Source: Macrostomum lignano (taxonomy: Eukaryota). Taken from it: a stretch of 64,000 nucleotides of DNA. Under the pieces are notes generated by a model that saw only the letters and a list, made by a program, of their open reading frames with translations, was not told the origin of the DNA and made no database searches. The stretch spans positions 248,001 through 312,000 of the forward strand of contig NIVC01000475.1 of assembly GCA_002269645.1 (NCBI GenBank). The letters run 5' to 3'. The position numbers were made by a program, and so were the translations under genes. Of the stretch, positions 1 through 11,000 are shown piece by piece; the stretch's first letter is position 1; each line of letters starts with the position of its first letter.

Positions 1-909
1 ATAAGTGCACCTGCACATATGTATATTTGCCTATACCTGCCAAATTTTCCTAGGTTATACTAGATGCTAGATAGAAAATAGGAACTTCTTCTATTGGGGC
101 TCCATAGTGAGAAATGCCCATTCTGGCTCTAATATCAAGAATATCAAGTACTTTATCTATGAAAGCCCCCCCCCCTACTATAGTCAGGATAGACATATCT
201 ACCTTGGCCTAAACCTAGAACTTACTAACACTTTTAGGCTTAAGAATATTTACTACCTTATTTGCTATCAAAGAGCTAATAGGCCAATGACCATCTATCT
301 CTTGGCCTCTAGATAAAGCTAATAAACCATAGTACATAATATGGACATTGGTATCACTAGATCTTGTACAATATCATAGCATTAACTACTTGTGGTTACC
401 ATACATGCGCAACCTCCAAAATTTGGTTGGCCGTGCAACTTAGTTTTAACAAAAATGCAATATAGTTTTTGGCCAAAAATGCAACTTACATGTAAAAACA
501 CCTTAAAGCAAAATAACCACAACTTTGGGCAAATGGCAGGAGTAACTATGACTGTCTTATTAAGCCAAAATGCCTGGTCAGCTACTTAGTACTACTACTT
601 TTGTGTTTTTTTGGGTGGGCATTTTTGCAACTTCCTTGGTTGGCCGCCAAATCAGTCAGCTGGATTGGCCGACTCGGCCGACTGTTGCGCATGTATGGTG
701 GTTACCACTGATTAATAGAATTGGTGGCAATACTTTCTTACTATATCTAGTCCATTACAATTGTTATAGATAATATAATTAATATTATCAACATAATTAT
801 TTTTTATTAGGCCTATAATTATTAAAATAGGTATAGTCAATAAAAAGGGATTCTATAGATTTATTTAAGGCCTAAACATAAATATTGTTTATTAGACCAC
901 CTATAGAAT

Positions 910-1390
910 AGCATAACAATTGCATACATACAATTGCCTATACAACAACTGACTACATAACAACTGCCTAGCCCTAGGCAACAACTGCTTTTGTTCAAGT
1001 TAATAAAATATGTGAACCAATGTACTATAGCAGTAACAAATAGTTTCTATTAATTTAGAATTTTGCACATATAATATAGTTGTTAAATAAAAAATATAAT
1101 TTATTTTTGCTTTTTGAATTTATTATAGGTCTACTAAAACCTGTTTTTTTCTTTGTTATTATATATTTTATATTTTCTTCTAATTATTAGGCCTAATATT
1201 AATAATAACTAGGCCTATAATGTTATGTTCTGAGTTGTTAAACAAGCTCAGCTAGGCCCCCTGATAGTCAATTGTCTCTATAATTAGCTATTGCTACAAG
1301 CAGTTATTATGTAGGCAGTTTTTTTGCAGGCAGTTGTCATGCAAGCAGTTGTTGCATAGGCAGTTATGTATAGTCAATTGTTGCAGAACC
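910..1390. mobile_element. Foldback/MITE-like element with subrepeated inverted termini
   Basis: Arrays of ACAACTGCCTA-like units at ~915-990 are the reverse complement of GCAGTTGT-like units at ~1295-1385, flanking an AT-rich core. Confidence 0.55.
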
Positions 1391-1448
1391 ATCTATAGGC
1401 CTATATATTATAACTTAAATGAGTACTTATAGAAATGATGGCTATATA

Positions 1449-2609
1449 CAAGGGATATCCCAAAAATTGGTGCACTTTCTTCACTACAGCCTTTTCTGAC
1501 CGATCAGAAATATTAAGTCTATTGCAGTTGAAAAGAGAATTATCTGCCCATTAAAATGACATTCTATTTATTTCTGTATCTGCTAGCATTCTTGAGAAAT
1601 GAGCACTTTTCTACCTCACCCCCTGTGCTACTTCTACAAATTGCCATAGACTAAAGCCTTGTACCTAATGCACAAAACAATGAAATATTCAATGAATCAA
1701 CAAAACATCTGCAACATGAAAGCTGAGGAAAGAACAGTCAAAAGTTAATCATCAACATTGTCGTGAGGCTTCTTGACATAGTCATCACTGTGCTGCACAC
1801 TTTTGCCATTAGCTGTGCATGTCATCAATGGCATCAGCAATAGCATAGGCAAATCCAAGCATTGCTTGACACTGATGCCAGACTGACAGTTTGTGAGATT
1901 GTAGACATGCTTGGCAATCCAAAGTCCACTGTTCTACTGCACGATAACTGAGGAGTTGGAACTGTGAAAGATCTTAGCCCACTAAGTACCGCAGCTTTGT
2001 ACTTTCTGCCCCATGACAATGCATGTCCCACATAGCCAAGAAAACAGAGAAGACAAATTTTGTGTTGCTCTCAGTGTCACCCTATTCTCCAGATTTGTTA
2101 ACTACTGACTTTGCCTTCTTTCCAAAGAGGAAGCTGCTACATGGACAAATCTTTGCTTATTGTGGGAGCCTGAAGCATTGAATTGCCAAGTCCTCCTTCA
2201 TGAGATGCCACACTCAGATCTTGCTAATTGACAAAATTGAAAATATGCATAGCCAATGTCAGAAGTGTGCAGCACAGTGATGACTAGCTATATAGAGAAG
2301 CCTCAGGACAATGTTGATGATTAACTTTTGACTGTTCTTTCCTCAGCTTTTATGTTGCGGATGTTTTGTTTATTTGTTGAATATTTTGTTGTTTTGTACA
2401 TCAGGTAACACAAAAACATTTGTAGAAGTAGCACAGGGATAGGGCAGAAAAGCACTCATATCTCAAGAATGCTAGCAGATATAGAAATAAATAGAATATC
2501 ATTTTAACTGGTAGATAATTCTCTTTTCAATTGCAATAGACTTAATATTTCTAATCAGTCAGAAGAGGCTATGGTGAAGAAAGTGCACCAATTTTTGGGA
2601 CATCCCTTG
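1449..2609 (+). mobile_element. Decayed Tc1/mariner DNA transposon with 162-bp TIRs and TA target-site duplication
   Basis: TIRs 1449-1610 and 2448-2609 (15 mismatches); TA at 1447-48 and 2610-11; relic transposase motifs HDNACPH (~2011) and PYSPDL..DF.FFPK (~2081). Confidence 0.92.
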
Positions 2610-4289
2610 TATTTAATATTGGTCATTGGAGCTTATAGTTGATAGGCACATCTGCCATATATATATATAAGTACACATAGTAAGCCTAGGCCTACTGTTG
2701 CTTTTTAATTTTGGCAATAAAAAATCATTGTCATCTCCAATGTTGAACAGTTAAATAGATTATATACTAGGGACATGGCTAGGCTACCCTTTGTATGTTT
2801 AACCTTAAGATTTAAAGTTTAAGTAGGCCTAGGCCCTATAAACTCATTCAATATTAACAACATGGCCTTGGCGCTATGCAGACTTCATTGATGGCCCTAT
2901 AGCTACTGTCTCTGGTGGACTAGTGGGAGACAGGGGCCTAATATTAGACCTATAGACACTAGACACAGTAGCCTAGTCAAATCTTATAAGTATAGACCTA
3001 ATCACTACTAGAGGTAGGGCCATTGTTTTTATAAGTTTTTGGATTATAGACATGGGCCTGGCTGCCATTCTCTATCTAAGTGTGGCATAGGCCCTAACTT
3101 AAACTTATAGGCCTATTATAGCCTAGCCTTGTTGTAGGCCCTAGGCCTACATACAAATGTTTTACTGCCTAATTTGTCTATTCATTTTTAGTTCTATATA
3201 ATATGAGCATATAGACAAATCCATGCAAGGCAATGGCATGTGGGTGGCTATGGGCTGGGCCTTCAGTTCAGGCAGAGGCAGCAAGAGAGAGATTAGGCCC
3301 CTAGTCTAGAAACTTTCCTGAGATATCTAGGCCAATCGGCAATCGCTAAAGCAATTAAGATATAAGATATATAAGATATATATAAGATATATTCTAGACT
3401 AAGAAGGATTCGAAAGTCGTGATTGGTATTGTTTCGTTAGATAGAACGTAAGCCGTGCAAGTCCATATGCTGTAAACATAGACTAGTCATATATGCTAAA
3501 TAACGTTACGACCCACTCAACATGACTGAGTATTTTTTGCCGCCATTTTCACACGTGCGAATTAACGACAATTTTAGAACAACATAACGAATTTTCAGAT
3601 CCACATTCCACAGCGCAGCTTTGATGTATAATCTCGACAAAAATGATTAGGAGTAGGGACTCTAATGCTCCTACATCAAATATCTAATGCTCAACTGCAA
3701 TTGGGGACACCACAGACTATATAAAAGGAACTTGAATTATCTTGCATGATAATTCAAGAGAATGGTTAATCTTCACTGCCTTCAAATTGGCCTTCAAAAA
3801 ATTTCATGATCCTTGAGTTTTACGTCCTGTACGTAAACATCCAACGTAGAACATCCAATATATCCAACATCTCGTATATACTCGTATGTATAAAACAGTG
3901 GTCCTAATTGTGTCTGCTGATGCTGGCTGACTTTTGCGCCCTGGACTCGATTTTTAGTGGTGCTGTCAAAGTTTGCTTGGCCGCGAGGCATGCCCTACAT
4001 GTAGCTGCGGTGACGCTACTTCATTACCAATGCAATGTGCATCCAAATGTAGTTTTATCGCTATTGTTTCTGCATGTACATGTATATTTTTCACGAGCGT
4101 ACAATCTACTCGTTTTTGTTCCTTCAGCGTATTCAATCGTAATGCCTTATAACACTTATTTATATTAGAGATATTTTTTTGTGTGCTTCTATCACTAGGG
4201 GCGTCGCGCGCCATGGATTTTATGGTGGGGGGGGACAAAGCCAAGAATTCAACATGTACATGTACATGACTAAATTTTGGCACTACTTT

Positions 4290-4395
4290 TGGCGCTGCAG
4301 GCACTCATTTTAGCACCGCAGAAATTCCTTTTAGAGCGCCGCAGGCACTCATTTTACCGCCGCAGGCACTCACTTTGGCGCCGCAGGCACTCATG
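4290..4395. repeat. Four short direct repeats CGCCGCAGGCACTCA, probably internal to a non-autonomous DNA element
   Basis: Copies at ~4293, 4336, 4358, 4379. Confidence 0.55.
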
Positions 4396-5099
4396 AAGAT
4401 TTTATGAGCTTTCTTAGTAGCAAACTTTCTAAAAAATAAAACCTTCTCAAAAGTATAATTGTAATACCCCTGCAACAAGTACCAAATTTAATTTTTAGTG
4501 TCGGGATCGATCACTTTCTCGTAATTTTTACTGATACCGGTAGTAGGCATAACTCGCATTGGGTTAAACGTTGTTACAGGTAATATCATTTGTGCTATTG
4601 CTTTAGTATTATTGTCAAAGTCATCTTCATTAAGTAAAGAGTACAGCTACAACTGCTACATCTGGAGTGTATATAGAGAGTAGTATTCCGGTGAGCAATC
4701 ATCTGTGCCTTACTCGATCCTATCCGATGTGACAGTGGCGCTATTGTTGTGATCAGTTCGTGCGTGATGAGCCCTATATATCCTATCCGGCTCGTGTGCC
4801 CTTCCCCAGCCGGAGACATCGCTTCCATACGTCACGAATTCTGCTGGGAGCTGCAGACATGCGGATGCTCCCCCCCAACTATATCTGTTGTGATTTTTTC
4901 CCGATGCTTTCGACAGAGGCAGACTCCGTGAGCCGGCGGTGACTGTCAAGCCGCGCGGCATGCAGCTTGACTAAAATATCGCAGACTTTAACCCTGCTCT
5001 CCTGGCTTCTATATTGTTTTTTGACGTTTTGCTTAAACGAAGCTTTCTAAAACAGTAGCAACACCAGACTGACCCAATTACAGAAATTAAACTTTCACG

Positions 5100-5312
5100 A
5101 CAGAAAGGTCGGGGGTTCGATTCTTGACCCACTCGGAGCAATTTATTGTACCTTTGAGCAAGACACTTTATTCTGCATTGCTTCAGCTCAACCCAGCTGT
5201 AAAATGGGTGCCAGCATTAGCTGGGGTACTGAACAGCCGTACGCAGCCTTCAGATGCGCCGCGCAATAGCTGCGGCTGAGCTGTGCACATCTGGCCATTA
5301 GGGCAGGTGTGA
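5100..5312 (+). mobile_element. tRNA-derived CORE-like SINE (family A)
   Basis: B-box GGTTCGATTC followed by CCTTTGAGCAAGACACTT...CAGCTGTAAAATGGG; paralogues at 29205 and 52490. Confidence 0.8.
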
Positions 5313-5449
5313 TAAATTAATAAATTATAAATTAATTATTATATTAATATATTATTATTATCATTAATATTATTAATAATTATCCTGATATGTACTACTC
5401 GCCTTATAGACTCAGAGGCAGAAGTTAAGGCTGAAGTACTCACATGATT

Positions 5450-6120
5450 TATTCCTAAGCGAGTCTACACAAGTTTACAAATCTACGATCGTATCGAATA
5501 CGAGACAGACATACTTGACTTAGCTGTAGGGGGCACCGAGCAGCGGATGCAGCAAAGAGGCGGAGGAGACCACTCATTCCGCTAGCCCCAGCTGGGCGAC
5601 CAAAGACTTCCAACGAAGTGATTTCGCTCAGGGGGACCCGTGCGGTCTCGCCTGCAGCGCGGTCCTTCTCACCGGCGGTGGGGAAGAACTCAACTCGTCC
5701 TGTGTCCCCTGAGGTACCGGGCGAGCAGCGGGATGCTCTCGGGCTTGGAAACGTCGAAGAGAACCGGGTTTGGCCCGAGGTGAGTGAAAACCGGGTAGTG
5801 ACAGATAAAGTTCTCAGCAGTGGCACTGAAGGAAGTGGTGGCAAGAGAAGCAGCCGTGCCTGGAGAGGGCCTTGCTGACTGCTCTAAGATCCAGGAGATC
5901 CAGCAGGAGAGAGGAGGGGCAGGGAACGGCAGCACGGGATTGCCTGAAATTCCGAGTGTCGTGCCATCTGCGCAGATGCTGCATGGGAGTCTGCCCAGCG
6001 CTTGACGTGGGAGTTGATCACCGAGACGGGGATGGGGCCCCTGGGCCCGGAACCAAAAGCGCGCCAGACTTGGCCAGCAGGTCAGCGCACTCGTTGCCGA
6101 GGAAACCAGCGTGCCCTGGG
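5450..6120 (-). mobile_element. 5'-truncated, decayed non-LTR retrotransposon 3' end (RNase H C-terminus plus Cys/His region)
   Basis: Minus strand 6119-6060 reads PGHAGFLGNECADLLAKSGA (RNase H WxPGHxGxxGNExADxLAK motif); frameshifted downstream GHGCFSCHHFLQC..H.P. Confidence 0.7.
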
Positions 6121-6221
6121 AGACAGACGGAGATACGAGATAGACAGACTTATAAATGTCCAGTATAGTCCTTGCGTTCTTTGTTAGGTTGTTTTTGCAC
6201 TTCGATATCTCTGGGAGGCTG

Positions 6222-6546
6222 TGTGCACTTTAAGCGACATGGTCGAACAACCGGCGAGAGGCAGTGCTCCCCATTCCGCCGACTCCCCTGAGCAGGCACG
6301 CAAGCGCGAGGATACGTACGCAGGCACACACTCACACAGGAGTGTACAGCGGCCCTAACTTTATTTATCGTTAGGCATGTACACTTCACTGTGCCTTGTG
6401 GATTGTCTCTCAAGGGGCGTTAATTGCATGAGCAGAGCCAAGCCGAGACTCCAATTCAGCCCCAAATTAATGTGACTGCACTTGGAATCGAGCCTGGGCC
6501 GCTGGCACACCAGAGCCTGCGCTAGACTACTGGGCTACGGTCCCCT
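6222..6546 (-). mobile_element. tRNA-derived SINE (family B)
   Basis: Reverse complement of the copies at 34497 and 50628; A-box/B-box-like head (GCTCGATTCC). Confidence 0.85.
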
Positions 6547-7200
6547 CTGTACGCATACGCAGAGTTTTCTAAGACTGCTAATTAGTGTCGATTTTTCAAA
6601 GACGAGACAAAAGATTGAAAAACTATATGACGAAAACAAATTTATAGATTTGCTGTCAATCTTTCGTATTCATTAGTGATACGTGAGAGAAACAACTGAT
6701 AGTTCAATCATGCTAACGTTCATAAAATTCAGCATGTTTCAGCATGACTCAGAAACATCTAGACCCCCCCCCCAATTGAACAAGGTCTTTAATGCCAGTT
6801 TCAGTATCGTGTGTAGGAACCACGAGCATGCAAAAGTGCCGTCACTCGGATCGTGGCACCCCGGATCACCAGCCCGTTGATGAACTCTTGGAGCAGCTGG
6901 TGCCAGGCATTTTATCCCGTTGCAACTCTTCACAGTTGGCCTCTTTAAAACTGTTCTGCCTTTTGAAAATCGGCTGTCTGCCGCATCTGTTTGTGTGTTT
7001 TTATGCGGTTGGCATTGGAGAGAACAGCGCCGTTGGCTTGCCTAGCTTCAGTCTGTCTACAAAAAAATATGAGAGGACAGGAAAACGGCAGGCCCAGCGG
7101 TGGGGGGCATTGGGAAGAAGTGTCGAGGGCATGGGATGAAAATGGGAATTGAAGGTTTTAGTTCGCGCAGATATCTGTTAGCTGGGATTGGCTGAACGCT

Positions 7201-7630
7201 GTGAGCCTTGTTGAAGACCGACCTCTGTGCCTTTCCTCTCCACCCCTCCCTCTGTCTCTCTTTCTCTTGTTCTCAGCCTTGGCTTAAAATGCGGAAGCAA
7301 AAAATGCTACTCACCCTGCCCTCAGTGCTCCGGTTGTGGAAGAAGCTGGCCCAAGGAGGAGGCGCTCCCCGCCGTGTGTCTCCCCGCTTCCAGCGCTCAA
7401 CGCTGCCTCGCTGTGCACTCACTTTCTCTCTCCTCCTCATGCAGGCGCAAACACAGCAGTACCCCCCGCTGTGAGCAGCATCCAATACCAAGCCTGCAGC
7501 TGCAGCCCTTCCCTCATTACAATTTTCACTGGAATCGGCCGCACACCAACCCAAACCCGCCAACCCAAACCGAAAAATATTTTTTTTATTCGTCCCACCT
7601 GTCTTCCTTCCAACCCGCTCTCTTATTTAG
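7201..7630 (+). other. Putative 5'UTR intron of Cav3
   Basis: GTGAGC at 7201; long pyrimidine tract plus TTTAG ending at 7630, 201 nt before the ATG. Confidence 0.4.
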
Positions 7631-7831
7631 CCCAGCAATTAGAGATTCAATTGGAAGCGCTCTCCCAACTCCTATCGAAATTTAATTGGCGCCAGAACCA
7701 GCCAGTTGAAACAATCGAACGCATTACGGCAGCGACATGCTGAATCACGGCAGCTGGCCTCGACGCTTTTGCCAACGCGAAGCGAGCGCAGCCAAGCGAA
7801 ACTATTGATAGCTCTGAAAGAAAGAACAGCG

Positions 7832-8013
7832 ATGAGCGAGACAGCAGAAGGCCAGCAGCAGCGTCAGTCAAAGACGCCTGACAAGCATCCACCGGAAGTC
7901 GAAGTGACAGCCGAAGGGGAGCTGCTGTACCAGGGCTTCTATCCGGTGGTCTTGAGATTCCTGCACCAGCGACATCCGGTCAGATCGTGGTGCCTTCGAG
8001 CCATCACATGGCC
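7832..8013 (+). CDS. Cav3: Cav3 exon 1 (MSETAEG...[14 protein letters not shown])
   Basis: RSWCL..P motif precedes DI-S1; ends at ATATCCTTTC U12 donor, phase 2. Confidence 0.88.
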
Positions 8014-11000
8014 ATATCCTTTCTGTCTTGTTTTTTTAGCTTGTTTGATTGCATTTTTGTTACAAATAGGGCTATTTGGCTATTTGGTAGGTAGATATGA
8101 TTTTAGGCCATTCATGTTGGTTTGCCATCTCAAAGAGATTAAGGCAGCTTAGTTCAGTCGGTGAGCAAGTTTGACTGTAAAGTTTGTATGGGCTTTAAGC
8201 ACTGCCGCAAATCCAAGACCACAGTGGACCCGCACGGAATCGAATTTGGGTACGGTGTCGCAAGAGTCGGGTGCGTTATCCGCTGAACTGATCTGCCTCC
8301 TGCCTGATGGGTCAAGTGTTTTGTGATTAAGGAAGCGAGGGCATTGTTTTGCGGCAGCAGCCCAAATAATTTTTCATCGTTTTCAACCGCGCAGAGAACT
8401 GGACAAAAATCCCAATTCAATTAAGAGCTGCCCGGCGCTGCTCATCTATCTACCCCTTCCCCTGCACCACTCTCCGAGTTCTTTCCTCGATGCACTTTTC
8501 AATTAAAATCCTTCCTCATAGCAGGGAACGGCAGAAAAGTTCGTTTGGGATTTTGCGGGAAAAAAAGTGATTATTCTTGGAATGATCACTGGGGCACTGG
8601 GGTCAAATGCCAAAGCATTGGTCAAGCAGTGAGTGCTGGAGGCATTCAAATTTTAGCAAACCGCATGGCACACGGCTGGGAGGGTGAGACTGAGAGAGGT
8701 GGCACGAGACGCAGTGTGGGTCGGTTGTCCCAATTTGACTTATTGGTTGGCGAGAACCGCTGCCATAGAGCAATAGTGCAGGAGCAGCAACAGCAGAACG
8801 CATCCGCCTGAGAGAGGCTGAGCTGAGGCCTTTGTCTTCGCCTCATGGAGTCGGGCTGAGCCCAAGGGGATGGGGGAGCAGGGAGGGACGAGGCAAAAGG
8901 ATGCTCTCTAACCCAGAGCTGCAGCGAGCAGGTTTGGGACTGGTGGCTGACTGTCACATCGAATTCCACTCCATTACCGTGGGGTCGTGAGGTCTGAGTT
9001 GGCTTGGGAAAAATGCCCAGTTTTTATTCCTCTGAGTTCCCTTCGTGTTCTCGCAACTGTTTTATGTCTTAAAAATACGTTCTTCTACATGCCGACCTTG
9101 TCCACTTGTCAACTTGTGATTCCACTTGTGCCTTCCGTTTGAGAAATGAGGGGGGGGACCTTGCATCCCGATAGCCTCCCTGTGCGTGTTGTTCTGACTG
9201 TTATCCTATGTGAGTTTTCCTCCCAATACAATCCGCTCAACCAAGTGGGCAGCAGCTTCTGCAATTAACCATTAGAAGGTTGTCAGCAGTCGGACAGGCA
9301 AACCTCGAGATTTGAAGGAAATGAAAATTCTGCAAAGCTTTCGTTCAATTCCAATTTCGTAGCTTCTGAATGGGGTTGATTGGGAATTTCAATTTTCTTT
9401 CATTTCTGCGGCAATCTCTCCATGCAGAAGGAGTCTGCAAGAATGGATTTAATTTCATAATTTTTCGCTTCTACGTAGTCCTCAGTCGGCGATATATATA
9501 GGAAGGCTTTGGGATAGGACGTCTTATCATATTCTTGATTTCCGGGATCAAACCTCTACGTTAGCTGAGTGTTATATGAGGGGGGGGGGTTCACTACTGG
9601 GCCTCTTTCAGTTCAGAACCAGGCACTTGGAAAGAGGCCAGACAGGCTGGGAGAAGGGATCAGTCCCTACTGTACTTCCTCATTTGCCCACAACGGGGCA
9701 ACTGCTTTTAATTGATTTGAAAAATCGTTCTGCACATGGAATTGAGCCCATCGTGAGAGATTGAGGAATTCGGGGGGGGGGGGTATTAGACCGAGGATAA
9801 GGAAGCTGAGAGGCTGAGTGGCTGCTTCAGCAGTGTTGTTGCGACGCCCTACCTGTACTTGGCAACAAAATTGGCAACCCGACTGAACTCGCATTCGAGA
9901 GTCTATCTCGGTTCCGCTTCGCTAATTTCCTTCTCTGAGGGGCCCAAGGTTATGAAGAGGAAACTGGCAACAAAGTCAAGTCTAGACTTTGGGCTGCAGC
10001 TTAGCGTTAAGCATCATCATTTAATGAATAGGGATATGGAATGAGAGAGGCTGAGAGATTAGGAAGGATAGAAGATAAGAGATGGGTGGATTGGGGTGAG
10101 AGATGGGATGGTAGAGGGTGAGAGATGAGAGGGTAGAAGGTGAGAGATGGGAGGGTAGAGGTGAGAGATGGGATGGTAGAGGGTGAGAGATGGGATGGTA
10201 GAGGGTGAGAGATGGGATGGTAGAGGGTGAGAGATGAGAGGGTAGAGGGTAGAGGGTGAGAGATGGGAGGGTAGAGGGTGAGAGATGGGAGGGTAGAGGG
10301 TGAGAGATGGGATGGTAGAGGGTGAGAGATGGGAGGGTAGAGGGTGAGAGATGGGAGGGTAGAGGGTGAGAGATGGGATGGTAGAGGGTGAGAGATGGGA
10401 GGGTAGAGGGTGAGAGATGGGAAGGTAGAGGGTGAGAGATGGGAGGGTAGAGGGTGAGAGATTGAAGGCAGACAGAAGAGGTTGTGTCAGAAGGCCAGAA
10501 GTCTCCTGCATTCTCGTGAACTCAAAGCTCCGCTGTGATGATGTCACCACTGAAATAATAGGGAGCAAGAGGATGAGCTCGCGCCGATGTAATCAAGGTG
10601 GGTGAAGATGGGATAGAATTTAAAGGAGAAAAATGTGCAATAGTGCAGCAGTCCCAGCTAGAAGCCTGTTCCGGACAACCTGAGGCGGGTGGCTGCTCAG
10701 CGCTCTCTTATGCAGCCTGAGCTGAAGCCCCTCGTTTGGCCTTTTTGCCACCTCCGTGCCTCACGTTTGCCTCCTTCCTCCCCTCCCTACCCTTCTGCTC
10801 TGGGCAACTAATGGCTTGATGCTGCTGCTGCAGTTCCTCCCCCCTAGCCTTCGTCTCTCAGCCTCCTCCTTTTGCGCTTCATCTGTAGTCTGTCGGGCAG
10901 ATCGTGTTGCAGACTCTCTCTTGCTAAATAGCTTGCATGTTTCAAAATTTTTTTGCAAAAGCAAATGTTCCTTAACGCGTATTAAGGGCCCAGGTGTGAT

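Noticed and set aside
10761-10964. Minus-strand coding-looking segment ([16 protein letters not shown]) in Cav3 intron 1
   Set aside because: No recognisable motif, no clean donor and no partner exons.
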